DNA of 64,000 nucleotides from Lama glama (lineage: Eukaryota), in the NCBI GenBank assembly GCA_028534125.1, contig CM052837.1:36704001-36768000 (forward strand). Direction: 5' to 3'. The position numbers and the translations under genes are program-made. The stretch's first letter is position 1; every line of letters starts with the position of its first letter. Below are positions 37,101 through 49,449 of the stretch, piece by piece. The notes below the pieces were generated by a model. That model saw only the letters and a list, made by a program, of their open reading frames with translations. It ran no database searches and was not told where the DNA came from.

Positions 37101-39659
37101 AACTGAGCAGATGGGACTGCTTGTCCTTCTGCAGTGGATGTGCTGTTCGCAGGTTGTCTTTCTGCCCAAGAGTAAATTTCAAAGAGAAAATGCCTTTCCT
37201 GGGGGCAGGAAGTTAGGGGCCCTCCTTCCAGCCTGACCTGGGTCGGGGGGGGGGTACGAGGGGGCAAGGCCATGGCCTTGGGTGGGGGGTCATTCTGTCA
37301 GCTTCAAACCCAGTCCGCAAAGTCAGGGTGCAGCTTTGAAGTTCCCATCAGCATCCCTCGTGTTGACCAACTGAAGCGAACGCTAAGCAAGGCCTTCCCT
37401 AGAGCCGTGTTCAGGAAGCTGGGCGGCGCTGGAGCGGCCTCGGAGAGCGGATTTTCTCTTTCTCCTTAGGAGACGGGCTGTCTAACGTGCCCCGTTTCCT
37501 CTAAAACGTCACCTCCCGTGGCACGTCTCTTTGCTGAAACCGTCAACGTCCCAAGCGGCGTCCACAGTCACCAGGCTCCACCAAGCCCTCCTCTGCCGGG
37601 ACTGTCGGGGGCGGTCGCTCTTACCAGAGGTTCTGCTCAAGCAAATCCGAGACAGTGCACAGCAAGACCGTCTGGATTGCTTAGGAGAAGGGGCAGCGGT
37701 TCTGCAGCAGGCGAAATGACAGTTGTGACAACGGTGTCCCCAGGGCCCGCCCCCGCCCCCACCTTCTCCCTGCCTGTTTTGGGGGTGGGGCTCCAGAAGG
37801 ACCAGCCCCTGACCCTGAACTCAGCCTTCCGTGTGCGTTCCCCACCGGACCCTGCAACTCGCCGGAAAAAGAACCCATGCCTGCACTCGCCGGGTCCTGG
37901 GGGCTGAGCTCCTCTGGTCCTCCATGCTCGTCCCAGACCCCCAACTTGCACACGTCCCCCTGGGCTAAAACCCAGGTGTGGGCAGAGCTGCTTCCTTCTG
38001 GAGGCTCCAGGGGAGAATCCGTTTCCTGGCCCTTCCAGCTTTCAGAGGTACCCAAATCCCCGGTGCGTGGCCCCTGCCTCATCTCCAGCGCCCACAGTGG
38101 CCTGCCAGGTCTTCTCCCACTGTGGTCTCTCCACCCTCCTTCCCCATCTGAGGGCCTGTGTCACCCCTGAAACTTTGGACACCCACGGAGAATCCGGGGT
38201 CATCCCCCTCCTTTAAGATCGGCCTGCCACATAGCCAGGTGGACTCCGGGTTCTGGAAGCAGGGCATGGTCATGGCTCTGGGGCATGAGAAATTCAGGGA
38301 CAAGGCTGCTTTTGCCTGCCCTTGGCAAAGCGCTCCTGGCTGGTGGAGGGAGAGACGGTGCCTCTGTGGGTTCCAGGCAGACAGCAAAGATACACATAGT
38401 GGTAACTGATCGGTGGCTCCTTGAGTCAGACCACTGAGCAGAATCAGAGCTTGGAGGAGACACGTGGGTTACACGTGGGCCCTCAGGCAGAGCAGCCCCT
38501 CTCCTCTGAGCTAGTGTCAGGGTTTGAATTAGAAGATTCTTGGCATTTAAGCCACAGGAGGTGAAGGAACCCCCGGTGACTGAGGATTTGGAAGGAGGGG
38601 GGGAAACGGTCCCCCAGGGGACCCGCCCGACCTGGGGGCAGGCGGTGGAGGCAGGACAGCAGACCTGCGCAGGAGCTGGCTTGAGAAGAGGCAGAGGCGG
38701 TCCTCAGGCCCAGGACCCCCCGCCAGCACACGGGGCCGCCTCCTGCAGCCTGGGACCGAGGGGCTCCAAGTCTCACATCTAAAACCGAGAGAATTCCAGG
38801 AAACCCAGGATGGTCATTGTACCCTGACCCTCCCAGCCCAGCACCCTGCTCACTTTGGGCTGGGGCAGGACCGCCCTAGTGTCTGTGCAGATGGACAGGG
38901 CCTCCCTGTCCCTCTGGTGGCTAACCTTCCGTCGCTGGCCACGTGCTCGCCACAGTCAGGCACTGTGCTGGGGACCTGTGTGCCCCATGCTGGGCCAGCC
39001 TCCTCCCTGAGCAGCCTCTGGCCCAGGATGGGGTGCGCCCAGCAGCTATGAAGCTAGTGTTTATGGCGCAGGGACCTCCACGTGGCAGGAGGCCACGCAC
39101 CCTCACATGGTGCCCACAGCAACCCAGTGATGTGGTCTCACTTCACAGGTAAGGAAACCGAGGCCGGGTCGGTTGATTTACCTTCTCCTAGAGCACGTGG
39201 TCAGGGCCTGGTGGGCCCAGGACTCAAAGCCACTCCTTCCTACACAGCCTGACACCCCAGGCCGCAGGAGGCCCTCCCGGCAGCCACACTCTCCCTTCTT
39301 CCGGCTCTTCCCTGTGAACACAGCTCCCGTTTCCAGAAAGCTGGCCAGGGGCTAAGGGTCGAGGACGATCTGGGCACGTGAGGGACAAGGATGTGATGGT
39401 AGAGGCTGGTTCCCAGGCTGGAAGGAGGCCCCAGGGCTGCTGCTCAGCTGGTGACACTCGCACAAGCATTGCTCTGTTTTTAAATCCTCCCTGAGATGCT
39501 GTACGTTCTGACGTGTGCAATCTCCATGCTGTGAGTGGGAAAAGCCATGGCTAAGCTCTACAAACTATGCATATTACGTGTTCCCAATGACTCTAAATAA
39601 ACGTACACTTCTCCCCACCCACCTGTAGCCTCATAGGAGAAAAAACAGTAATAATAGTA

Positions 39660-39742
39660 ACACTAAAATGCTTGTTTTGCTGCTAAGTCGCTAAGTTTGG
39701 GCTTCTTTGTTATGCAGCAATAGGTAAATAGATAACTGATAC
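39660..39742 (+). mobile_element. MLT1 LTR 3' terminal fragment
   Basis: ctaagtttgg..tttgttatgcagcaatag..ataactgataca. Confidence 0.6.
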
Positions 39743-42299
39743 AGGTATTGCTGTGAACTTTTTTATTTTTTAATTTGGGAAGAAGCCTTCTTCTTCTCTA
39801 GCAAGAGTGGCCTGACAGTGGTATGGGGACCACAGGAAAGAGAGGAACCATGTCCTAAGGACACATCTCCAAGAGGGGAGGGACCCCATGACATGTGACT
39901 CCAAGGACTGAATTCTTGTAGCCAGGAAAGCAAAGCCCTTTTCACAGCGGCTGCCTCTCTTCCTGGCCAACCGTTCTCCTGAGATGATTAAAGGCCCCTA
40001 GTCCTCCCACAGCTCTAGGCCTGGGGGTGCAGCCCAGAGGGGTCTGTCCTGGGCTCCTCAGCGACACCCTCATGCATTTGGAAGCTTGTTGGAAAAAGAC
40101 AAAGGCCGTTGCACATTCCTGTCTCACTGTCTACTAGTTCAGCAAAGGTCCATGGAGCACCAACTCCCTACTAGGCAGCCTTGCAGGGGCTTGGGAGTTG
40201 TTAGCAAGTAAAGCAAAGCAGGACCCCTACCGCCCTCGCCGTGGCGGTGGACATCCAGGCATCATCCTTCCTCTGGTGTCTCAGCGATCTTCGTCCGGGG
40301 CCCAGGTGATCACCCTGGTCAGCAGCCATCCCGCCTGCATCACAGGGAGTCCCCGGAAGCCGGAGCCACCCAGGTGCCTGCCATCCTCTCAGCCGTCACA
40401 CCTGCTTCCCCCAGAAACGCAGGCACCTCGTTGACGGATCTCAGCCCCTGACCTGCAGGGACGGGCCAGCTCCCCGCTGACATGCGGCATTTGGAGTGGC
40501 GGGAGCGGGGCAGCAGGCCCCCAGCCTCTCGGGCCGGCCTGGGGCAGCTCCCGCGCAGGGCCCGGCCAAGGGTGCGGTCCTTTCCCTGGTGGACACAGCC
40601 GGACAAGCTCGGCCTGTCTCCAGCGCCTCACTGGAGCTTTCCTTAAAGGGTCCCAGCTGTTTGGGAAGCACCCGTGTCTCGGGAAATCAGAAGAGAAAGG
40701 AGCAAACGTCTCGGAGCTGGAAGGTTCCGGCTGCCGCGTCGCCCGGGCTCCTCTGTGCACAGAGGGGTTCAAAGCCACCGGGAACCCTGGACGAGGGCCT
40801 GCTGCCCACTTTGTAAAGTAAGGCCTTCTGAGTGACTTTTCCTCTGTGGTTTTAAGCAAATGCCTTGTCATAATATTTGCACTAAGTTGCCTTTTATGAT
40901 TTTTTAAAGCTCCTAGGCTGTCTCAAAATCTTTGAAAAGAAGGCCAGCTTAGTGGAAAGGTCAAGGGGCTGGAAACCAAACAGCGGGCTTAAAGCGCTCC
41001 AGGGGGAGCACGTTTCCGCTAGCGGCGTCCTAAGTGGCTTCTGCGGCTGGTCGGCAAAGAGGCCCCGGGGGCCGCTAGCTGCTGCCTCCCCCTGCTGCTC
41101 CGCGCGGAGGCGAGCACATGGCATGGTCCGTGGTGGGACCCGCCGTTCCTGTGGGTGCAAGGATGAGCCCCTGAGGGTCCAACACAGTCCAGAGCCATCA
41201 TCACTTCCTTCTGCGACCTGGACACTCAGGTCCCAGTCCCAAGACCTGTTCACTGAACTGGTGGGCTTGTCTTCCAGAGAGCAAACCTGGGCTAATTTGG
41301 TGGATTTAAAGCAACTTTTGTTGCCCTGGGCTCTTGACCCCTCACCCTCTGAAGTCCCCGCACAACCCACTCAACAGCCTTCACCGCCCAAGGGCCTGCG
41401 GCTGCAGCACTGACAGCGTCCGGAGCAGCCTGGCCCCTGGGAGCATCCATTCTACCTATGTTCCCATTTTACAGACGACTCAATCAAGTACAGAGAAGCT
41501 AAAACACTCTCCCAGATATTAGCAGCAGGTTCAAACCATGCGTGTCGCTCTGAGCCCGCGTGCTGGCTTCCAGCAAAGGGACGTTGGTGTTTCCTTTGAA
41601 AGCTAAATTTTTAAGCACATACTTTCTCTGCAAGACTCCATGCGTGGTGAGAACGTGAGGTTTGGGGAGCAGGCAAGCCCAGAGTCAGCCGGGAACAGAA
41701 GAGATTAAGAAGTACTGAGCCTGAACTTCTCCCCCTGGGTGGGGCCGGGGTCTGGGCAGGGCTCCTCACTCCCCACAGCAGGCTCCGGCTTCTGATGTCC
41801 CAGTATACCCCTGCAGCCAGCCAGATCCACGGCAGAGACAGGCACAGACCCTGGGGCTATGACCCCAGGGCCATCCCTCCCAAACCCTGAGAACTGGGCT
41901 CTGCGGGTGATGTCTGATGACCACGTCCAGGAGGTGATGAGGGAGCCGGAGCATATCACACGTGTCCACAGTGGCACAAGCCACCCCCGGATGCCAGGCA
42001 CAGGACCCAGCCTGCACGGGGTCGGGCACTGCTTTGTTCTCTGCTTTCTGCTCCCCTTATCCCCCCTCCCCCCACACTCAGTTGTGCTTCCAGCAGCCTG
42101 TGGGCACCCCAGGAATGAGAGGCGACCCAGCCATCCCGCGGGAAGCCTCCTCTTTGGGCCCTGCCCTCCATAACCTCTTCTCCCCCACCAGAGGGGACCT
42201 GGGGGCAGCTCCCCTTGAAGGAGTGGGTAAGAAGTTGAGAAGACCCGGGAAAGGAGGCTGTGCTGCCTGAGGGTACCTGGAAAGGGCCAACTGGATTCC

Positions 42300-43770
42300 C
42301 AGTTCCCCGGGGCGCTCACCCCAGCCTGGATTGCTCCCCTCCCCACCCCAACCCGGGAGCGCACGAGGGCGACCGGCCAGCCCTGCTCTCTCGTGGGGCG
42401 GGGACAGCGGCAGGGGCCGCCTCCCGTCCCCTCCACCGCCCCCCACGGCTGGGCGCGCCCGCCGCCGCTGGCTCAGTGGAGGCGCGGAGCCCGGGAGGGC
42501 GCGGGCGCGGCGGGCGGTGTGCGGGGCGGGTGTGCGCCGAGAGCGCGGGGAGGAGTGAGCGCGCCGGGCACCGGGCGTGCGCTCCGCGCGGCGCCGCAGG
42601 CTCGCCCCGCACAGCCGAGCCGGCGGTCGCTCTCCGGGGGAGACGGCGCTGTCGCCCCGGAGCCCGAGGAACCGCGGGGTCTGGTGTTCGGAGGCAGCCC
42701 GGCGAGCGCGCCGCCCGGAGCCGCGAGTCCGGCGGAGGAGCGGAGCCCGGAGCCCGGAGGAGCCCGGAGGGACCCGGCATCCCCGGTGAGCGCGAGCCCC
42801 AAGCGCCGCAGGTGTCACGGTCCGCGTCGGGCGCTTGCTGGCTGGACGGCGCGCCCACCGCCCTCTCACGCCCTCCCCGCGGGCTCCCGCTACGCTGCCC
42901 CTGCCCGAGACGCGCCCACTCTTCGCCCGGCTCCCAGCCGCGGAGGCGCCGGACGCAGCCTCGGACCCCGGGGAGCGAGGCACCCCGCCCGCCCGGCGCC
43001 TCCACCATGCGCCTCAACAGCTCGGCGCCGGGCCCCCGGGTCGCACAGGGCAGCGACGCCTTCTCGCTGCTGCCGCTGCTGTCGTCGGGGCCGGAGGGGG
43101 CGCCCCTGACCTCGGGCTCCGGCAACAGCTCGGGCAACGTGTCGGAGCCCGTCCAAGCAGCGCCCAGCAGCGACCTGGATGTGAACACGGACATTTACTC
43201 CAAGGTGCTGGTGACCACCGTGTACCTGGCGCTCTTCGTGGTGGGCACAGCGGGCAACTCTGTGACGGCGTTCACGCTGGCGCGCAAGAGGTCCCTGCAG
43301 AACCTGCAGAGCACGGTGCACTACCACCTGGGCAGCCTGGCGCTCTCCGACCTGCTCATCCTCCTGCTGGCCATGCCTGTCGAGCTGTACAACTTCATCT
43401 GGGTACACCACCCCTGGGCCTTCGGCGACTCCGTGTGCCGCGGCTACTACTTCCTGCGTGACGCCTGCACCCACGCCACGGCCCTCAACGTGGCCAGCCT
43501 GAGTGTGGAGCGCTACCTGGCTCTCTGCCACCCCTTCAAGGCCAAGACCCTCATGTCCCGCAGCCGCACCAAGAAGTTCATCAGTGCCATCTGGCTGGCC
43601 TCCGGCCTGCTAGCCGTGCCCATGCTCTTCACCATGGGCCAGCAGAACCGCAGCACCGACGGCCAGCACCCCGGCGGCCTGGTGTGCACGCCCATCGTGG
43701 GCACCGCCACCATCAAGGTCGTCATCCAGGTGAGCAGCCTCTTCAGGGGCGCGGGGCGGGGATGGGGGCG
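42300..43770. promoter_or_regulatory. NTSR1: NTSR1 CpG island / TATA-less GC-box promoter and 5' UTR
   Basis: Very high CpG density; CCCCACCCC (42341) and GGGGCGGG boxes (about 42395 and 42523); directly upstream of and overlapping the coding exon. Confidence 0.85.
43007..43729 (+). CDS. NTSR1: Neurotensin receptor type 1, coding exon 1 (241 codons, N-terminus to start of TM5); partial, remaining exons lie beyond the window
   Basis: Kozak tccaccATG; MRLNSS...[15 protein letters not shown]...LALSDLL...[11 protein letters not shown]...[28 protein letters not shown]...GGLVCTP...KVVIQ; donor CAG|GTGAGC. Confidence 0.97.
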
Positions 43771-46689
43771 GGAGTGTGAGGGCACCAGGCTGGAGTCTGG
43801 CCTGGGGGCGAGGGTTGAAGGCACACCCCGGGAGGCCTCGGTGCTTCTCTTCCCCTCTCCCCAAAAGTAGTTTCTGGTCTGTATACACCCTGAGTGCGGG
43901 AAGTTGGGAAAAGGTCACAAAGAAATTTTACTCCTGGGAAGCTGAAAGGGGCCGGGGGCAGGGGAGGAGGGGCGAGGGGCTTGAGAACAGCCTGAGCCCC
44001 ATTTCTTCCCTCCTTCCGCTTCAGGGCTGCCAGGTCTCAGCTCCCCCCACCCCCGTCTCATCCCCTTCTGCCATCAGAGTGGACTGGAACCCAGATCAGT
44101 GACTTCTCCAGGGGTGGGTGGGGGTCCATGGACAGGCCTCAGGTATGTCCACTCCCTGAGCTGGAAGGGAAATGTGTGCTGGCACCAGCCTCCTTCTGAA
44201 GAGAATCCCTTCCGTCAGCATCTCAGAAGGCACGTGGTCTCCGAGGCCAGGTCCCTGTCCTCTGCAGCAGGGCTGCCCCCAGGCCGCTCCCCAGAGCCTC
44301 CTGGCTGCCTGCCCCAGCCCACATATGGGAAGTGGAGCTCGACCTGAAGCTGTCTCCGGCCAGGTCCTACACTGAGTTTAGTCTCCCATTTTCCCGTCTG
44401 TGAACTGTGGTCATCAGAGCTCCAACCTCAGAAGGCAGAAGTTCAAGAGAGAGTGTTGGGGAACGGCCCTCGCGGTTCCCCGCTTGCAGAAGCACTCAAG
44501 GTGTTCTTATTGGTGATGGTGGTGACGACATTGTTCCTGCTGGGAGATTCCGAGGTATTTGGGCATGGTGGCTGGCGGTGGGCCCGTGTGAGGTGAACGA
44601 CCCTGGAGCCGGGTGACCAATGGCTCTCCGAGGGTCTGGTGGGAACCCAGGTGGGAGCCCTCCCTGGGAATCGGCTTGGCTGAGGCAGCCTGGCAGGGTA
44701 GGGGGCTTCTGGTCCTGGAGAGAAAGAGGTCTTATCAGGCAGGGCCCTGAAGTGGGAGGAGGGTGTCCACCGAAGCTAGTGCTGGAAGAGATACCACTTT
44801 GAATGGCATCGTGGCCGAGGATGTGGGCAGAGGTGGAGGTGAAGGGGCTTCCTCCATCCCAGGGTGAGAGAGGGAAGGAGCGTCTGGGCGGGACCTCCAC
44901 ACCCCTGCGTGGTAGGGGCGGGGTGTGCCAGAGCGGCTGGCTGTCCCCGCTGGCTGTCCTTTCATACCCCAGCCGCCAGCAGCCTCCCAGCGCAGAACTT
45001 GTGCCGCTGCCTCGGAAGCCCAAGTCTGACAGCGGTGCTGGGAAAGGAGGGGCTGGTGAGCCGGGGTGGGCGGGCCGGGGTGGGCGGAGCTGTCGTCCGC
45101 ACGACCACCCTGGGCTGCAGCTGACCCTGCACAGGCCACCACCAGTGTAGACCGAGCGGGCAGAATTAGGCTCCAGGCCTCCCTTGCCTGCACTGGAAAC
45201 TCGTGCCTACAGGTGTCCCCGCGTGGAGTGGTCCTGGCAGCCACACGCAGCAGGGAGCTGGAGGCCGTGCCTCTGCGCTGACGCCTTCCCTGCCCTGGAG
45301 GTGAAGGCAAACAGGGTGTGTGCGGTAAACAGTGAGAATTACCTTCTTGCTTCCTTTGAGTGCTTGATGGGCTGTGCCCTGGTTGGGGGCCAGCAACCAC
45401 TCCTTCAAAGGAGTGACGTGGCAGGTCCAGGTCAGTGGCTCGGGGCCGGGGCACTCGCTGCCCACCCCGGAGACCCCGCTGTGGGCTCAGCCAGGAGCAG
45501 CCTGGGTTGGGATCAAGGACAACAGTGGCCGCAGAGGGGCATGACCCCTCCACAGCACCCTTGGCCTCGACCCCGTGGCCGCCCCGCTGGTGCCGCAGAC
45601 TCAGGCACCACCGTGACGCGGTCTGAGTCCTCTTGGTCAGAGGCTGTGACACCGGTACGGTCCAGGGCGCATCCTGGTCATTTGTCCACTTGGCAGATGT
45701 CTTTTGAGCGCGCGCTGCAGAAGGTCGGCTTCTGCGCCCGCGGCTAGGGCCGCCTGAGCGTTTGCTGAGTGCTCGCTGGCTTCCGGGCGCCCTCGGAGAG
45801 CGGAGGTGCCATTTTTCTTTGAAGGTCACGGCACGTGCTTGGGAGACACACTTGGGAGAGACGGATGGGCTGATTATGAGAGACGCTCTTTGCTCTGTGA
45901 ACCGGCTGCTCCGTGTGCCTGCAAGAACATTCCTTTTGGGCCAGCTAGGCCCCGGCCTTGCTGCCCCCCTCCCTTCTGCACCGCCATCCACCATCTGCCA
46001 TCCGCCATCCCAGGAGAGGGTTCCCAGGGGATTTTTCCTTCCCTACCCGGGCTTCTGGGCCACTTGGCAGACCTGGGCCCACTTCCACTGGTTTTGAACA
46101 GTGACATCTGTCCAGACAGGGGCTGGGTGCCTGTATCTGTGTGTCTCCCTCTCGTGGACCATGTGTGGGAGGGTAGAGATGTTGGCCAATCAAAATGGCT
46201 GTCACTCAGGAGACGCTCGTGTCCATGGGCACATGGACCCCAGGCAGTGTCCTGGACGCCCAGGCCATTAAAGTCTGACGTGCTTCCACGGAGGCAGAGG
46301 CAACTGAGACCTGTCTCTGCAAAGTGCAAGAAAATTGGTTCCAATAAAATCAGGACACGGATCATTTCCCCAGAGTTTCTGCCCCTGTCACCAGCCAAGC
46401 CCGGTGACCTCCTCCGCCCATCCGTCCACCTGCCCACTCCCCATTCGCTGTTCCTCTTTTCCTTCCCGAGCCGGCTCAGCCTCAGTGATGCTGACACTCA
46501 GGGCTGAAGTTTAAGTCACAGGGTCCCCACAAGAGCGCTGTTACGTCGGGGAGACGTGGCAGACCCTGGAGCAGACACCCCCAGGGCTTGTGCCACCATG
46601 TGGCTCCTGCTGTATGCACCGAGGTCCTGCACCCCTGCCCACCAGGTCGTAAGGCGGAGACAGGGCGGGGCTGTTCTGTATTAACGGGG

Positions 46690-46990
46690 ATTAAAGAGCC
46701 GCAGCTGAGCGCAGGTGTGGTTTCCCAGCAGACCCTGGGCCGGAAAGGAGAACCACTGTGAGGACGTGGTCGAGACAGTGGCCGGGTTCAGCCCAAGGGT
46801 TACGTGGTGACGCTGTACCGACGCCCAGTGGGACGCCCTGATGTGGGCGCCCGTGCTGCGGTTCTGTGGGAGAACGTCCTGTCCGAGGACGGAGTCCGTC
46901 CTGAGGCTTCTAGGGCGGTGAGTAGGGAAGGGACCCCCACGAGTGGCCATCCCAGGTGACGCCCATGGGCTCGGGGACGCAGCCGTCAGC
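46690..46990 (+). mobile_element. Highly diverged L1MC/L1ME 3' UTR fragment
   Basis: Colinear resemblance to recalled consensus (ctgcggttctgtgggagaacgtcct vs ctgtggttatgtaagagaatgtcct). Confidence 0.45.
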
Positions 46991-47219
46991 TGAGTCTAGA
47001 GCCTCTGCTGTGGGAAGAGGAGGACTTCGGCCATGAGCTTTGGTGCCAGCACAGGACGCTCGCCCTCGGGCACCAGAGGAAAGAGAGGCCGGGGCGGGGG
47101 CCTGCGAGGGGAGCGGGGCCAACCTGCTCGCAGTGCTGGGGCCCTCGTCCCCTCCTCCCGAGAAGCACGGCCAGACTTCCCGCCTGGTTTCCTAGTGGTT
47201 TGTGTTTCGAGGGAGGAAG

Positions 47220-47450
47220 GAATCGCAAGCCTTTCTTTGCTGCATTATGATGAGACAGATACAAAATGTACCACTTCCGCCGTCTTGATGTGGACCACCA
47301 CCCCGCCCGTCTCCAGAACGCTCCTGTCGTTCCCACTGAACACCAGCTGCCCCTCCCCCCAGCCTCGGCTTTCTGTCTCATCTTTCCATGTTTCCGTCTG
47401 AGGGGCTGTCAGGCCTTCCTTGGTCGGGGGGACGCGGTGCTCACGAGTGA
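47220..47450 (-). mobile_element. Old L1 3' end fragment
   Basis: atacaaaatgtaccac..caccacc..tctccagaac..cccctcccccc agcc..ctttctgtctc. Confidence 0.5.
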
Positions 47451-49449
47451 ATGCTCTCCGCCTGGAGAAAGAAGCCAGCCCCCGAAGGCCTCCAACCGTG
47501 CGACTGCAGTGACAAGGTGTTCTGGGAAAGGAGCGTGACGGGAACAGGGGACCAGCGGCAGCCGGGCGGGAGGGTGGGGTGGGCGGTGGGTGACGGATGC
47601 TCTGCGCTTGGCCGTGGGCTGGTTGCACGACTGAGCGTGTATCAGGACTCCCGGAACTTAGACCGAGGGTGATTTCAGGGAGTGTGAACTGTGTCTCCCT
47701 GAGTCTCAGCCGCGAAGGAGCAGGAGCCTGTGAGGCTGTGGGGTGCCAGGTCCTCCCCCTGGGGGGCTCCGGGCAGGAAAGGACCAGGGGGGTCCTGGGG
47801 ATGTTCCTGGGGAGCGCAAAGGCCCTGGGCAGCCCCTGAACGCCCCTCCCTGCCCCCCGACCGCTCCCACCTTGCCACCGCCGCTGGGAACCAGGCAGGT
47901 GCTCAGCAGCCAGGAGGCGGGTGGGGAGGGCCTGAGCCCGCACCTGGTTGGGGACAGTGCTGCTGAGCTCACAGCTGTGGGGACCGCCTGGCCCCCGAGG
48001 CCTCTGCTTTAACCCGGCAACACCCTGGCATTTGACCTACCAACTGCTGTCCCTGGTGAAGGCATAGCCCCTGAGAGGAACCCGCCAGGGTCCTCAGGTC
48101 TGAAGAGGAAACCAAGGCCCAGAGAGGATGGGGACACCCGAGCCAGCCCACACCCGCCTGTCTGTCCAGTCTGTCTGTCTGTCGCTGCTCCAGCAAGGGG
48201 CTGGGATGGAGCCGCCCACCTGCCCTGCGCCCTGCCCCCTTCGGAGACTTCTCCCCCACAGGAGAAGTCTTGTCCCCCCAGGGCCAGTGCTGGAGAGGGA
48301 AGGAAGGCCTGGGAGCTGGGCAGAGACTGGCAGTCAGTCTGGAGTTTCCTGACGGTGGCAGCCCCAGGACCCCAAATCAAATCCCAGCCTCACCACTGGC
48401 CAGCTATGGGGCCCGGGCAAGTGATGTGACCTTCTGTGCCCCAGTTTCCTCACCTGCCAGGTGGCGGTAACAATTCCTCTGTGGTCCACTGGCCAGGAGC
48501 CTGGAAGGTCTCAGTTACCCACACAGATCAATGGCGATTCAAGGAGAGACGGGCCCTGATCTGTTGTTTTAGGGTAACAAGAGCTGGCGCCTCCCAACAG
48601 GGCCCCCCTCCAGAGCCGGGAGCCGTTCCTGCCGCCCACGGCCCTGCCCGCTCCGGGGGTCCGCGCGACCGCGGTGGGGCCCTGCGGGAACCCCCGAGCC
48701 TGGCGCTGTTCCCACGCCTGTGGAGACGGGGGCCGCCCACAGCTGGGCAGCATCTGTCCAGCTCCTCTGAGAAACGTTTGCTGCCCAAAGGCGAGGTCTC
48801 CCCAGCACCGTGTGTGTGACGAACCCTCTTCCAGTGTGATGACGCCCCTCCCTTCCGCCCTCCTCGCTGACCGAGCACCACGTGCCAGGTGCAGTAGCAC
48901 AGCAGGACAGGGCTGGCAAAGGCTTCCACCCCACGAAGCGCACATCCCAGCAGAGAAGTCCGACAATCAGCAAAACAAACACGTGCAACACACGCTTGGC
49001 CTGTGGTGACAAGGGCGACAGAGTCCACGGGAGGGGGCGGGGACGCAGTCTCCGGCAGGTCCCTGAGGGTCTCTCGGAGGCAGTTAAGAGGCAGGTGTGC
49101 CAGGTCTGGGGGAAGAAGATTCCAGGAGAGGGATGGCCGGGGGAACTGGACACACGGGGCAGAGCGAGCGTGGCCGGGTGAGCACCGGGCGTGCGAGGAG
49201 TAACAGGAGGGCCTCAGAGAATGCGCGGCATCTCGTCCTGGAGGAAAATGGGCACCATGGGAGGCTCTGTGCAAGAGGCCACATGGCTTACTTTGAAGGG
49301 GTCCTGCCTGCCTTGTTGAGAGTGCATTGCTGGGGGCAGGCCGGAGAGGGTGGCTGGGGAGGCGCCATCGTGCTCCAGGTGCACGATCGAGGTGACCCAG
49401 ACTTGTGCTTATGGGGACGGTGGAAGGATGACTGGAGACTAGATACACA

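Noticed and set aside
42078-43531. Several 200-300-aa alternative-frame and antisense ORFs at NTSR1
   Set aside because: CpG-island composition and codon shadow; low-complexity translations.
44735-45994. 419-aa minus-strand ORF in NTSR1 intron 1 (likewise 48528-49448 and 55317-56393)
   Set aside because: No homology recognised, no splice or codon evidence; GC-rich intron.
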